NCBI GenBank assembly: GCA_041641305.1
Contig: JBEPYN010000001.1
Span: 256,001 to 320,000, forward strand
DNA from: Nitrososphaerota archaeon
GTDB lineage: Archaea > Thermoproteota > Nitrososphaeria_A > Caldarchaeales > Caldarchaeaceae
Length of the DNA stretch: 64,000 nucleotides
Direction: 5' to 3'
Below are positions 54,513 through 64,000 of the stretch, in pieces. How positions within the stretch are numbered: position 1 is the first letter of the stretch; the number at the start of each line of letters is the position of its first letter. Made by a program: the position numbers and the translations under genes. Under the pieces are notes generated by a model that saw only the letters and a list, made by a program, of their open reading frames with translations, was not told the origin of the DNA and did no database searches.

Positions 54513-55406
54513 TTAAAGCATCACCCTCCTTTGGTAACGATACCTAATAGCTATTGCAGCGGCGTTCAGCATCATCAGCAAAGCAAGTAGAACAATTATC
54601 GCTGCAGAGGATAGTTCTTGAAACGCGGGCTGAGGCCTGCTCACCCAGTTGAATATCTGGAGAGGCATCACCGTAAACCTGTCGAAAATGGATGTGGGGT
54701 CGGTGCGTATAAACAGGAGACCGCTTATGACAAGTATTGGCGCTGCTTCCCCGATTGCGCGGGAAATCGCCAGTATAGCGCCCGTCATCATCATGGGAAG
54801 AGCCCTCGGAAGAATTATGTAACGCGTTACCTGTAGCTTGGTTGCTCCGAGAGCGTAGGCCCCTTGTTTCAACGCCTCAGGCACGGACTTGAATGCCTCG
54901 GCAGCTGAAACGGTTACTAGAGGAAGGGTCATTATACCGAGTGTGAATGCACCAGCTATTATTGAGCGGCCGAGACCCAGACCATAGGTGAGGATGCTCA
55001 GCCCAACAAGGCCGAAGATAATTGAGGGAACTCCCGCGAGATTGGCCATGTTGAATTCGAGAAACCTTCTGAGCCGCCGGTGGGTAGACCACTCGGTGAA
55101 GTACAGGGCCGAGGCTATTCCCAGCGGTATACTGACCAGCGCCGACAACCCAACTGTCCAAAAGCTTCCGAGAAAAGCTGAGCGCATTCCAGCTGTCTGC
55201 GGGTTAGCTGAAGGATATGAGAAAATCAGGCTCCATGAAAGCCGATCCCAACCCGTTGTAATCACGGTGAAGAGGAGAGCAGTGACCGCGGCGACGCCTA
55301 TAAAGACGCCGAGAGAAAGCAGAACGGGTGTCAGGCGGTCGAGGACCTGTTTGGCCCTGTCTCTTCTCTTAAATGTGTTGACCTGGCCTAGTATCGTATC
55401 TGCCAC
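54513..55406 (-). CDS. pstA: Phosphate ABC transporter permease
   Basis: LAGVPSIIFGL, RAIGEAAP. Confidence 0.93.
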   Translation of the reverse strand: MADTILGQVNTFKRRDRAKQVLDRLTPVLLSLGVFIGVAAVTALLFTVITTGWDRLSWSLIFSYPSANPQTAGMRSAFLGSFWTVGLSALVSIPLGIASALYFTEWSTHRRLRRFLEFNMANLAGVPSIIFGLVGLSILTYGLGLGRSIIAGAFTLGIMTLPLVTVSAAEAFKSVPEALKQGAYALGATKLQVTRYIILPRALPMMMTGAILAISRAIGEAAPILVISGLLFIRTDPTSIFDRFTVMPLQIFNWVSRPQPAFQELSSAAIIVLLALLMMLNAAAIAIRYRYQRRVML

Positions 55407-56314
55407 CTCCTCACAATCGCTAACGCCACAAGGTTGAAGGCCATGGTGATAATGAAGAGGAGAATCCCTACGGCGAATATTGATTGGTATTCTATGGTTC
55501 CGTGTGGAGCGTCACCGGTGGCCACCTGCGCGATGAAACTCGTCATGGTCTGCATGGCTTCGCGTGGGTCGAAGCTGTAGAAGGGTCTAAAACCTCCAGC
55601 TATAGCCGCTATCATAGTCTCACCCATAGCACGTGTGAAAGCAAGTATGATGGCTGCTAGAATTCCTGACAAAGCGGCTGGTACGATCACCCTGAAAACT
55701 ACGTCGATTTTTCTGGCCCCTAGGCTGTATGCTGCTAGCCTGAAATCCTCAGGCACCGCATACAATGCATCCTCGCTCAGAGAGGCGACTATGGGGATTA
55801 TGAGGACACCTATCATGAGCCCGACCGCTAAAGCGCTGAAAACACCTGTACCCGGTATAAACTTCATCAACAGGTTAGGTGATACGAAGTATAGCGCGAA
55901 ATAACCATAAACCACTGTGGGTATGCCGGCGAGGAGCTCAATGACATTTTTTATCGGGCCCCGTATACTTGGCCTGGCGTATTCGCTGAGGTAAATCGCT
56001 GTCGCGAGACCCGCTGGAATCGCAACTAGCAACGCTATGGCTGATGTGATGGCCGTGGCTGTTAGAAGAGGAAGAACGCCGAACTTCTTCTCGCTGAAGA
56101 GAACTGTCCATTCGGTGCCCGTCAAAAACTCAACTGGGGAAACTTGGCCAAAAAATATCGATGACTCCAGCAACAATGAACCCAGTATAACCATTATCGC
56201 GATGAAAGAGACCGATGACGCGGCCAGAAACAGGATGTTTACAAGTTTTGTGGCACGCTGCCTTCTCCGAAGGTTATCCAAAAAATTTTTGTCGAGAAAA
56301 ATATTGTGGGACAT
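55388..56314 (-). CDS. pstC: Phosphate ABC transporter permease
   Basis: ELLAGIPTVVYG, RAMGETM. Confidence 0.93.
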   Translation of the reverse strand: MSHNIFLDKNFLDNLRRRQRATKLVNILFLAASSVSFIAIMVILGSLLLESSIFFGQVSPVEFLTGTEWTVLFSEKKFGVLPLLTATAITSAIALLVAIPAGLATAIYLSEYARPSIRGPIKNVIELLAGIPTVVYGYFALYFVSPNLLMKFIPGTGVFSALAVGLMIGVLIIPIVASLSEDALYAVPEDFRLAAYSLGARKIDVVFRVIVPAALSGILAAIILAFTRAMGETMIAAIAGGFRPFYSFDPREAMQTMTSFIAQVATGDAPHGTIEYQSIFAVGILLFIITMAFNLVALAIVRRWQIRY

Positions 56315-56325
56315 TTTCTCCCCAT

Positions 56326-57426
56326 TTAATGTGGTCCTGCGTTCTTGTTCTTTAAGGTTGTCAGCTCAAAGAGTCCATCTGTTATGCCTGCTTTCAATAG
56401 TGCCGCTGCTTTTTTGTAGTAGTGGTCTGGAAACGGTGTATAGGCTACTTTATGCGCGAGCCTAGCCCCGTTTTCGACATAGTAGATTACGAATTCTCTT
56501 AGATGCGGCTTGGTTTCCCATGATTTCTTGTTGACGTAGATGAATAATGGTCTGGATAGCGGATATGTAAACGTGCTCGCGGTTTCATCGCTTGGTTCAA
56601 CGCATTCTCCGCCTACTTTGTCGTCTTTCACTTTCAGAACCTTAATTCTGTCTTTGGCCTCTGCGAAGTATGCGAAGCCGAAGTATCCCAGGGAGAGCGG
56701 GTCTGACTCCACACCTGCTACAAGGACGTTGTCATCCTCCGATGCCACGTAATCTGTTCGGCTGGCCTTGGATTTTCCAACCACTCTTTCGGTGAAGTAG
56801 TCGAATGTTCCGCTGTCCGGGCCCGCGCCGTAGAGTTTGATAGGCTGGTTTGGCCATTCTGGTCTGATGTCGCTCCAAAGTTTGACGGTGCTGTCGGGTT
56901 TCCAGATTTCCCTAAGCTCAGATATGGTTATGCAGTCAACCCAGTTGTTCGAGGGATGTACTACGACAACGAGGGCGTCGATAGCCACAGGTACCTCAAT
57001 CCACTCTATCCCATTTTTGGCTGCTGTGTCGGCCTCTGCAACCAGTATTGGCCGGGAGGCGTCGTTGATGTCTGTTTCACCGATGACAAACCGTTTAAAG
57101 CCGCCGCCTGTGCCCGATATGCCGACGCTGATAGTTACTCCGCTGTGCAGGTTCATGAACTCTTCAGCGGCGGCCTCGGTTAGCGGGTAAACGGTGCTCG
57201 AGCCGTCGACCTCTATGTCTCCCTTAAGCTGTTGCTGAAGAACTGTCCCAGTCAATGTTGTTGTCACTGTTATTGTCTCGGTTTTTGTCACCGTTCTCCC
57301 CTCGCCTGTTGCTCCACCTCCGAACAAAGTAGGACCAGTCACGATGCCGGCAAACAATCCTATTACCAGAGCCGCAACAATTCCTCCCACGAAAGATGCT
57401 GAGACACCTTTTTTCCAGTTTTTCAT
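56326..57426 (-). CDS. pstS: Phosphate ABC transporter substrate-binding protein
   Basis: DGSSTVYP, SGTGGGFKRF, DASR, SGTFDYF, YPLSRPLFIY. Confidence 0.95.
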   Translation of the reverse strand: MKNWKKGVSASFVGGIVAALVIGLFAGIVTGPTLFGGGATGEGRTVTKTETITVTTTLTGTVLQQQLKGDIEVDGSSTVYPLTEAAAEEFMNLHSGVTISVGISGTGGGFKRFVIGETDINDASRPILVAEADTAAKNGIEWIEVPVAIDALVVVVHPSNNWVDCITISELREIWKPDSTVKLWSDIRPEWPNQPIKLYGAGPDSGTFDYFTERVVGKSKASRTDYVASEDDNVLVAGVESDPLSLGYFGFAYFAEAKDRIKVLKVKDDKVGGECVEPSDETASTFTYPLSRPLFIYVNKKSWETKPHLREFVIYYVENGARLAHKVAYTPFPDHYYKKAAALLKAGITDGLFELTTLKNKNAGPH

Positions 57427-57450
57427 GGCGGTCGAGGGGGTGTTACCCCA

Positions 57451-57503
57451 CGATATATAGATTGGCGGGCTGGAATATTTTCCTGAAATATGTCTATATA
57501 TCG
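57451..57503. promoter_or_regulatory. Inverted repeat (TCTATATATCG on each strand) over the divergent pstS / PhoU-regulator promoters
   Basis: CGATATATAGA 57451-57461 and TCTATATATCG 57493-57503 are exact reverse complements. Confidence 0.6.
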
Positions 57504-57522
57504 GCCAAAACTGGACAAAAAC

Positions 57523-58527
57523 ATGGAGACAGAATACACAAGACGCGTCCAGAAAACAGGCCGCTCCACATTTATAATATCTCTCCCGAAAGATTGGGTT
57601 GAGAAGAATGGGCTCAAGAAGCTTGATACTGTGAGGGTTGTTACGCTGCCGTCTGGGCTGCTCATAACCACAGATACTCAGGAACAGGGCCGTGAAACTG
57701 TTATTAGGCTCAAGGGCGGTGAGACACCTGACGAGGTTGTGCGACTCTTCTTCTCAAAATATCTCGACGGCTGCGACAAAATACGGGTAGAGCTTGCCGG
57801 CTACTCACCGCAGACAATTTCGGTTTTGAAGGATAGGATAAGGCGGTGGCTTGTGGGTGTGGAGATAGTCGGTGAAACAGCGACGGAGCTCACGGCACAG
57901 GTTCTGCCTGTGAGTGACAAGCTGCCTCTACGTACATCGCTGGAGAGAATGGGCGAAATCGCTTCTCACATGCTTGAGGAGGCTATGACAGCATTCTTCA
58001 GAAACGACAAAGCCCTCGCAGAAGATGTTGTGAGCCGGGATGACGAGGTTGACAGGTTTTACCACTTTATCACTAGACAGCTCAACATAGTTGTGCGGGA
58101 CTATGCTAAGTTGAGAAACGTCAACCTCTCCGACCCAAGCGACTGCATAAACTATGTTCTCGTCGCCAAGAACATAGAGAGGGCCGCTGACCACGCCGTC
58201 ACGATAAGCAACAGAACCCTCGCCACAACCAACAACACAAAACCAGACCAACGCATAATCAAGATAAACTCCAAGGTTGTGGAGATCTTCAAAGCCTCTC
58301 TAAACTCATTCCTCTATCCAAGCATCGAGCTTGCAAACAAGACGCTCTCCCAGATAGCTGAGATATCGTCGGAGATGAACACTTACATTAGTTCGCAGAA
58401 GAGGAATCTGGATTTGGAGAGGAGGCTTTCGGAGCTTGTCGTGATAAACAGCGTGCGGAGGGTGGCTGAATACGCTGCCGACATCTGTGAAGCAGCCATC
58501 AACCTAGCAACAAAGTATTCAGAGTAG
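57523..58527 (+). CDS. AbrB-PhoU fusion phosphate uptake regulator
   Basis: RRVQKTGRSTFIISLPKDW (AbrB), D.EVDRFY, ERAADHA, RVAEYAADI. Confidence 0.9.
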   Translation: METEYTRRVQKTGRSTFIISLPKDWVEKNGLKKLDTVRVVTLPSGLLITTDTQEQGRETVIRLKGGETPDEVVRLFFSKYLDGCDKIRVELAGYSPQTISVLKDRIRRWLVGVEIVGETATELTAQVLPVSDKLPLRTSLERMGEIASHMLEEAMTAFFRNDKALAEDVVSRDDEVDRFYHFITRQLNIVVRDYAKLRNVNLSDPSDCINYVLVAKNIERAADHAVTISNRTLATTNNTKPDQRIIKINSKVVEIFKASLNSFLYPSIELANKTLSQIAEISSEMNTYISSQKRNLDLERRLSELVVINSVRRVAEYAADICEAAINLATKYSE

Positions 58528-58812
58528 AGTGTTCATTTTCTGGGCTAGTGCAAGGTCGTATGTGCTGATGCCGCCGAGGTCGTGGGTGACGAGCCAAATC
58601 TCCAGCCTGTTGTAGACGTTGAACCACTCCGGGTGATGCTGCATCTTCTCAGCCTCAATAGCCACCTTGACCATAAACCCTATGCATTCGACAAAGTCTC
58701 TGAACTCGATTTTACGGTAGAGCTTTCCATCCCTTAGGCTCCAGCCCTCGAGAGTTTTCAGGGCTTTAGCTAACTCCTCCTCTGTCAACAAACGGTACTC
58801 GTCAATGGCCAT
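58519..58812 (-). CDS. Pterin-4-alpha-carbinolamine dehydratase
   Basis: AE...HHPEW.NVY, THD.GG....D..LA. Confidence 0.93.
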   Translation of the reverse strand: MAIDEYRLLTEEELAKALKTLEGWSLRDGKLYRKIEFRDFVECIGFMVKVAIEAEKMQHHPEWFNVYNRLEIWLVTHDLGGISTYDLALAQKMNTLL

Positions 58813-58861
58813 GCATGTGTTTAGATTTGATGGGATTTATCCTGATGGTTTATACACGCCG

Positions 58862-59944
58862 TTATTGTATAAGGCCTGCTCGGAGGACGTGGTCTGCGAG
58901 TACGAAGGCTACGACTGCTTCGACGACGGGAACAGCTCTTGGTACAACGGTTGGGTCATGTCGTCCCGGCACCACTATCTCGGTCTCCCTTCTCTCAAGC
59001 ATGTCTACGGTTCTCTGGGGCCTAGCTATTGAGGAGGCGGGTTTAAACGCCACTCTCGTGACAAGCGGTGCTCCAGTTGATAAGCCGCCGAGTATTCCGC
59101 CCGAGTTGTTGGACGCCGTTGTTATTTTTCCGTCTACGAGTATGAAGGGGTCGTTGTTCTCGCTTCCCCGTAACCGTGTCGCTTCAAACCCTCGGCCAAA
59201 TTCTACGCCCTTCACCGCCGGTATGGAGAAGAGAGCTTTGGAGAGGTCTGAGTCAAGACTGTCGAAAACCGGCTCCCCGAGGCCGATGGGCAGGTTGAGG
59301 GCTATGCATTCTACGATTCCGCCTACGCTGTCACCTTGTTTCCGAGCCTCTAAAATCACGTGCTTCATTTTCTCCGCGGCCTCGAAATCCGGGCACCGCA
59401 CCTCGTTGGCGTACCTATTTTTCCTGATCTCGTCGACGGATAGTTGACGAGACCTCACTCCGCCTATTTCAAGCGAGTAGGCGAGAACCTCGACCCCGAG
59501 CTTGCTCAACAATTTTTTCGCAACAGCCCCCGCCATCACATATCCCGCCGTGACGCGTCCAGAAAACCTTCCACCACCCCTGTAGTCGTTGAACCCTCTA
59601 TACTTGATGTATGCGGGGTAGTCGGCGTGTCCAGGCCGAGGCGTTTTGCGGATCATCTCATAGGGCCGTGAGTCAACATCCTTGTTCCAGACAAGCATCA
59701 ATATGGGTGCGCCTGTTGTCCTGCCTTGGAAGACGCCTGACAAGATTTCTACACGATCCTCCTCCGTGCGGGTTGTTGTCACCAGCGACTGCCCCGGCTT
59801 TCTGCGGTCAAGCTCGACCTGTATATCGGCTTCCGACAGCTCTATGCCTGGTGGACAGCCGTCCACCAGCGCACCCACACATCTACCGTGACTTTCCCCG
59901 AAGCTGGCGACGACAAACCTCTCTCCGATGATGTTTCCCGTCAT
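58862..59944 (-). CDS. aroC: Chorismate synthase
   Basis: FGESHG, RPGHAD, RGGGRFSGR, SNNSGGILGG, GRHDP. Confidence 0.97.
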   Translation of the reverse strand: MTGNIIGERFVVASFGESHGRCVGALVDGCPPGIELSEADIQVELDRRKPGQSLVTTTRTEEDRVEILSGVFQGRTTGAPILMLVWNKDVDSRPYEMIRKTPRPGHADYPAYIKYRGFNDYRGGGRFSGRVTAGYVMAGAVAKKLLSKLGVEVLAYSLEIGGVRSRQLSVDEIRKNRYANEVRCPDFEAAEKMKHVILEARKQGDSVGGIVECIALNLPIGLGEPVFDSLDSDLSKALFSIPAVKGVEFGRGFEATRLRGSENNDPFILVDGKITTASNNSGGILGGLSTGAPLVTRVAFKPASSIARPQRTVDMLERRETEIVVPGRHDPTVVPRAVPVVEAVVAFVLADHVLRAGLIQ

Positions 59945-62535
59945 CAGCCATAGCCTCGCCGACGTTTCTCTTTAGCCTTTACCAAAACAGCAGAGGAAAC
60001 CGCTAAAAATGCAGCCAAGATGAGCAGTGTCGGAAGAGACACACCCGCCCGGACGACTGAGTGTCCTGTCTCCGGTTCCAGGGTAAGCGTTTGGCTCCAA
60101 AACACGTAATCGAGCACAGCGGTTTTAGCGTCATGGCTAACTGGATGGAGGATCGCTCTCCCACTGCGGTCAACCACACCAGAGGCCTCCACAACCCCCA
60201 TGCCATTAACGAGAGAAACCCGTGCACCCGTCAAAGGCACCCCCAACAAATCAGACACAACAAACTCAACCCTGTAAACCCGCACAGGTATGTTGAAGAG
60301 ACCCGGGCCAGTTACTTGAAGTTGCCCCGATGTTTTGACATCGACTGAGTTAAATCCAATTTTCTCCACGGTGTATGCCCCTGTTGGAAGCCACGTCTTC
60401 GACAAAGGTTGCAGAACATATTCGAGTCGATTCATGTCATCGCGCAGCCTCATCTCCGCCGAGACGAGAAAACCTTCAGCATCGACGAAAACAAACTCCA
60501 CCAACGCTTCTTCGCGGTAAACCTGTTTCAAGTATTTCGGACCATCCACGACAACTGTTATCACAGGTTCCCTGCTCTCGATGTCGCCGGCCCATCCAAG
60601 AAACAAGAATCTTCTGCCATATCCTGTTTCAACAATTTCTTCAGCGGCTAATTGGACATTCTCGCCCAAAGCGTGCCAGCTTATCTCTTCGCCTCTAAGG
60701 CCTTCTACCAGCAGCCTAGCCTCATCAGCCCAGAGCGCCACGACAGTGACAGGCCTCTCGATTGATAGGGTTGTCTGGTTTCCAAATTTTTCCCATCCGA
60801 TGAAGCGGCTGCGAACACCTTCTTCATGTATTCTGATCCGCTGCCCCGGGTCAAGCAAAATTACTTCACCCCTCCTAACCCAGCCGGTTGAAACATTTAC
60901 GGGAAAACGTGAAACCACTTCAACATAGTAGTAGACGTCGTATTCCGCCAGTAGGCTCACAGGCTTGTCGACAACTATGAATAGTGTTGGGCTGGAACTG
61001 TTTGCCCCACTCCAGTTGCGGAAAACGGCTTTCGTGCCGTTGCCCCATGCGATCTCTTGCAGGGCCTGCAGGTTCAAAACCTTTCCTTCTGCAACCCAAC
61101 CATCAAACAGGTCGGTATCGCCATGAGTAGCCCTCGCCACAACTCTGTACTCCTTCAGCCAATAGACGGTAACATTCACAGGGCCGCGGACATTAAATCT
61201 TATAACATCGTCTACGACCTCGCCGTCGCTCGATAGAGATATGTTGTAAAGCCGCAGACGCATATCATCCCCAAGGTACACTATTTTGCTCAGCACAACA
61301 ACCTCCGCCTTCTCGCCCTCGTCGTACCAGCCCTCACCCTCGAAAACGTCAACGGGCGAATCCACTCTCACAAGATACTGGCGGCGGTAAATGGCCTCTA
61401 TGTTGACTGGGCCGTTGACCACAATTTTCCTGACATTCTTGTCAAAACCGTCGCTCCATCCAGCGAAGACCATCCGTGTCGCGTTCTCAAAGTCGATAAA
61501 CTCTCTCGCCGTAACAGGCAGTTCCTCACCTAAACGATACCAGCCCGACACAACATCCTCAAACATTTTAACCCTCACAAAGTAGAAAACACGATAAACA
61601 GCGACAAGATCCAAATCATCGTTAACAACAACCTGAACATTAGAGGAGTCGATCTCCATCCCCGAATTCAGAACCCAGAGGTCGAAAACGAGTTTTGTCC
61701 AGTTTTGATACTGTTTCTCCAACTCTGCGGCCTGTGTGAAAACAGTTCCCCTTGGCAAGTAATAGGTGTTAACCAAGATTTTTCCGAGTTCCGACTGCAT
61801 ATAGACGCGGACCCGACGTATCTCAGTGATGGGTGGAACCTGTTTGTAGGCGATGGATGAGGGAAGCGAGCTTATCTCAAAAGCGGGTGGAGGTCTGTAG
61901 ACGCTGTCCTCGACCCATGAGTACGCCACCGCGAGAGCATAGAGGTTGAGTGTCGAGGGATAGATTGCCGTGTTCACTCTCTCATACATGAGGTCAACGG
62001 AGTTGCTTGCGTGACCTATTCCAAGAGCGTGTCCGTACTCATGTGCCGCCACTTTGTAAGCGAGTTCAGTGTCTGTGCCTACACATGATTTTGAAATCTG
62101 TATAGTTGCGCTGGAGATTTCGTAGGTAATGCTTCTATACCTGATTGTGGTGAGCCCGCATACATTTCCACCCAGTGTCGATACAAATCTTAAGGTTATG
62201 TCTGCGTCTTCGACTGTTGTAGCAAGTGACACAGATAGCGAGAGAAGATAGTTGTAGCCGTATTCTTGGACGAATGCTCTCATGCTTCCATACCAGACCT
62301 CAACACCTCTACGAGCGGCCTCATCCAAGGCGTCGGAGCCGGATGAATAGAGGTAGACTTTTAGGGCCTTCTTACCCCAAGCGCCCAAGATTTCTATCGA
62401 GCCGCTAGTTGTCTGAGCGAGGGAGATTGTGTCTGATGGACTTTGCGTCAACAGGGTGATTTCGCTGAAGGCGTCAATCTTAATTACTGGGGCAAACGGG
62501 GTAGTCGCGAACAGCAGTATTAGGATTGTCCACAC
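59944..62535 (-). CDS. Membrane-anchored surface metzincin (matrixin-like) protease with beta-rich repeats
   Basis: Signal peptide, HEYGHALGIGH plus Met-turn DLMY, repeated GW[YV]..G / F.GW units, C-terminal TM and basic tail. Confidence 0.8.
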   Translation of the reverse strand: MWTILILLFATTPFAPVIKIDAFSEITLLTQSPSDTISLAQTTSGSIEILGAWGKKALKVYLYSSGSDALDEAARRGVEVWYGSMRAFVQEYGYNYLLSLSVSLATTVEDADITLRFVSTLGGNVCGLTTIRYRSITYEISSATIQISKSCVGTDTELAYKVAAHEYGHALGIGHASNSVDLMYERVNTAIYPSTLNLYALAVAYSWVEDSVYRPPPAFEISSLPSSIAYKQVPPITEIRRVRVYMQSELGKILVNTYYLPRGTVFTQAAELEKQYQNWTKLVFDLWVLNSGMEIDSSNVQVVVNDDLDLVAVYRVFYFVRVKMFEDVVSGWYRLGEELPVTAREFIDFENATRMVFAGWSDGFDKNVRKIVVNGPVNIEAIYRRQYLVRVDSPVDVFEGEGWYDEGEKAEVVVLSKIVYLGDDMRLRLYNISLSSDGEVVDDVIRFNVRGPVNVTVYWLKEYRVVARATHGDTDLFDGWVAEGKVLNLQALQEIAWGNGTKAVFRNWSGANSSSPTLFIVVDKPVSLLAEYDVYYYVEVVSRFPVNVSTGWVRRGEVILLDPGQRIRIHEEGVRSRFIGWEKFGNQTTLSIERPVTVVALWADEARLLVEGLRGEEISWHALGENVQLAAEEIVETGYGRRFLFLGWAGDIESREPVITVVVDGPKYLKQVYREEALVEFVFVDAEGFLVSAEMRLRDDMNRLEYVLQPLSKTWLPTGAYTVEKIGFNSVDVKTSGQLQVTGPGLFNIPVRVYRVEFVVSDLLGVPLTGARVSLVNGMGVVEASGVVDRSGRAILHPVSHDAKTAVLDYVFWSQTLTLEPETGHSVVRAGVSLPTLLILAAFLAVSSAVLVKAKEKRRRGYG

Positions 62536-62572
62536 TGAGATTTCCTGATGCCTGGGGCATATAGGTTTTTAG

Positions 62573-62632
62573 GCGGCTCAGTCAAATGCCTTCTCTTCAC
62601 CAGTCTGCATAACTCTGAGACATCACCGCCGC
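62573..62632 (-). ncRNA. Box C/D guide sRNA, double guide to LSU rRNA
   Basis: GCGGC G GTGATGT(C) CTCAGAGTTATG CAGA(D') CTG GTGAAGA(C') GAAGGCATTTGA CTGA(D) GCCGC; two 12-nt guides complementary to conserved LSU motifs. Confidence 0.82.
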
Positions 62633-62672
62633 GTCACATAAATAGTGAGGGGCTTATCTTAACTTTTCAGAG

Positions 62673-63449
62673 ATGCAGCAACATGTTTTCCGTGAGGGTG
62701 ACAAGGTTCTGATCGTAACGGAGAAGAAGAAAAGATACATGGTTCAGCTAAGAAGCGGGAAAAAGTTTCACACAAGTGAGGGGTTCATCGAGCTCTCAAA
62801 CCTCATAGGACAACCGAGCGGATGCGTCATCCACTCCAACACGGGTGCGGTCATGCATGTTTTTGAGCCAACACTCCTAGACCTGCTGATGTTCTTGCCA
62901 CGCACTACTCAGATAGTTTATCCGAAGGACCTTGGCTACATAGCGGCTGTTTCGGGTGTCGGGCCGGGTTCACGGGTTGTTGAGGCTGGGACGGGTACAG
63001 GTGTTTTGGCCGCTTTTCTCACACACCTAGTCAGGCCCACGGGCAAGGTATACAGTTATGACGTCAAGCTCGAGAACATCGAGACAGCAACAGTTAGGAT
63101 GAGGCAGCTGGGGCTTCATGACTACATCGAGCTGAAGGTAGGCGACGTATGCGAAGCGATTCCCGAAAAGGAGCTTGACGCCGTCGTCATAGACATTCCG
63201 GAGCCGTGGAGAGCTGTCCAAACATGTTATGATGCTTTGAGGCCAAGCGGTGTATGGGTCTCGCTAAGCCCAACAGTCGAGCAAGTAATTCAAACCTATG
63301 AAGCGCTCGAGGAAAAAGGCTTCTCAGATCTTTCATGTGTTGAGCTGCTTCTCAGAAACATGAGGGTGAAACGTGGCATGACAAGGCCCGAGTTCCTCAT
63401 GAGAGGGCACACAACATATATAGTCACAGCCCGAAAACTAATACGCTAA
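62673..63449 (+). CDS. trmI: tRNA (adenine-57/58-N1)-methyltransferase
   Basis: TQIVYPKD, EAGTGTG, DIPEPW, P..EQ, GHT. Confidence 0.93.
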   Translation: MQQHVFREGDKVLIVTEKKKRYMVQLRSGKKFHTSEGFIELSNLIGQPSGCVIHSNTGAVMHVFEPTLLDLLMFLPRTTQIVYPKDLGYIAAVSGVGPGSRVVEAGTGTGVLAAFLTHLVRPTGKVYSYDVKLENIETATVRMRQLGLHDYIELKVGDVCEAIPEKELDAVVIDIPEPWRAVQTCYDALRPSGVWVSLSPTVEQVIQTYEALEEKGFSDLSCVELLLRNMRVKRGMTRPEFLMRGHTTYIVTARKLIR

Positions 63450-64000
63450 ACCCCTGAAAGAGACCTGATCGCCTGCACTATCTCCTCAGCCGCCGCCTCA
63501 GCATGTTCAAAAGGCCTCTTCTGCTCATACCGCAGTGAAATTACCTTGAGATAGCAAGCCGCCGTGTTAGCCGCGGCTGCAACGAATAACTTTCCCATCT
63601 GCTGGTCCGCCTCAATCACTTCAACGCTGTCTGTCTCACGTCTCCGGTCAACACCCTCAGTAGCGTCCTTAAGCCTCCTACTAAGAATGTCCTCGGGCCT
63701 ACACTCGATAAAAACAATCAAATGAGGGTTCATCACCTGAACCGCTTCAGAAGGCAGCCCAGGATAATAGCCGAAGGGAGTTTTGATAACAGAATGTGTA
63801 TCAACTACGACATGATTCATCTTGGCTATCCTCTCCGCAGCACTCATCTGAAGCCTTTGATAATCCTTGAGAACAAGCTTTTTCCTCATTTCATCCCTGT
63901 GAGCGATGCCATAGAGCTTAGCGGCCTCCTCGAACATTAGGTCGCCAAAGTTGACAACACTCAAGCTAGGCATCTTTTCCACAACTTTCTTGATGGTTGT
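63446..64000 (-). CDS. adkA: Archaeal adenylate kinase (5' end outside the window)
   Basis: VVNFGD.M, RDEMRK, VDTH....TP.GYYPGLP, RR.KD; frame open to the window edge. Confidence 0.92.
   Translation of the reverse strand, partial: TTIKKVVEKMPSLSVVNFGDLMFEEAAKLYGIAHRDEMRKKLVLKDYQRLQMSAAERIAKMNHVVVDTHSVIKTPFGYYPGLPSEAVQVMNPHLIVFIECRPEDILSRRLKDATEGVDRRRETDSVEVIEADQQMGKLFVAAAANTAACYLKVISLRYEQKRPFEHAEAAAEEIVQAIRSLSGV

Noticed and set aside
58815-59447. 210-aa plus-strand ORF
   Set aside because: Antisense shadow of the well-supported aroC; no recognisable motifs
1-64000. CRISPR arrays, transposases, integrases, or a provirus at tRNA-Ala
   Set aside because: No repeat-spacer pattern, mobile-element ORF or duplicated tRNA 3' end noticed by eye

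Overview
Gene-dense archaeal chromosome segment. Gene content and the ubiquitin operon point to Aigarchaeota (Caldiarchaeum/Caldarchaeum-like). It carries the eukaryote-like ubiquitin operon (Ub-E2-E1-RING E3, divergent Rpn11/JAMM) inside a larger locus that adds a four-TM membrane protein with a second RING of identical spacing and three uncharacterised coiled-coil genes. The rest includes nuoH/nuoA, glyS, an HMG-CoA synthase/thiolase-like/DUF35 operon whose thiolase lacks its catalytic Cys and His, an M1 aminopeptidase, tRNA-Ala(GGC), pgk-gap, a Liv-type ABC transporter, an archaellum cluster, asnA plus a gltB-like FMN domain, glmS, endA, a rhodanese coupled to a lipoyl-less LbpA/GcvH-TusA fusion next to fixABCX, gcvPA/PB/T, tpiA, the pst/phoU locus, aroC, a surface matrixin, trmI and adk. 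Two box C/D sRNAs lie in intergenic gaps; one has guides matching LSU rRNA H69 and H70/71. No CRISPR array or mobile element was seen. Product calls come from motif recognition only; no database searches were run.
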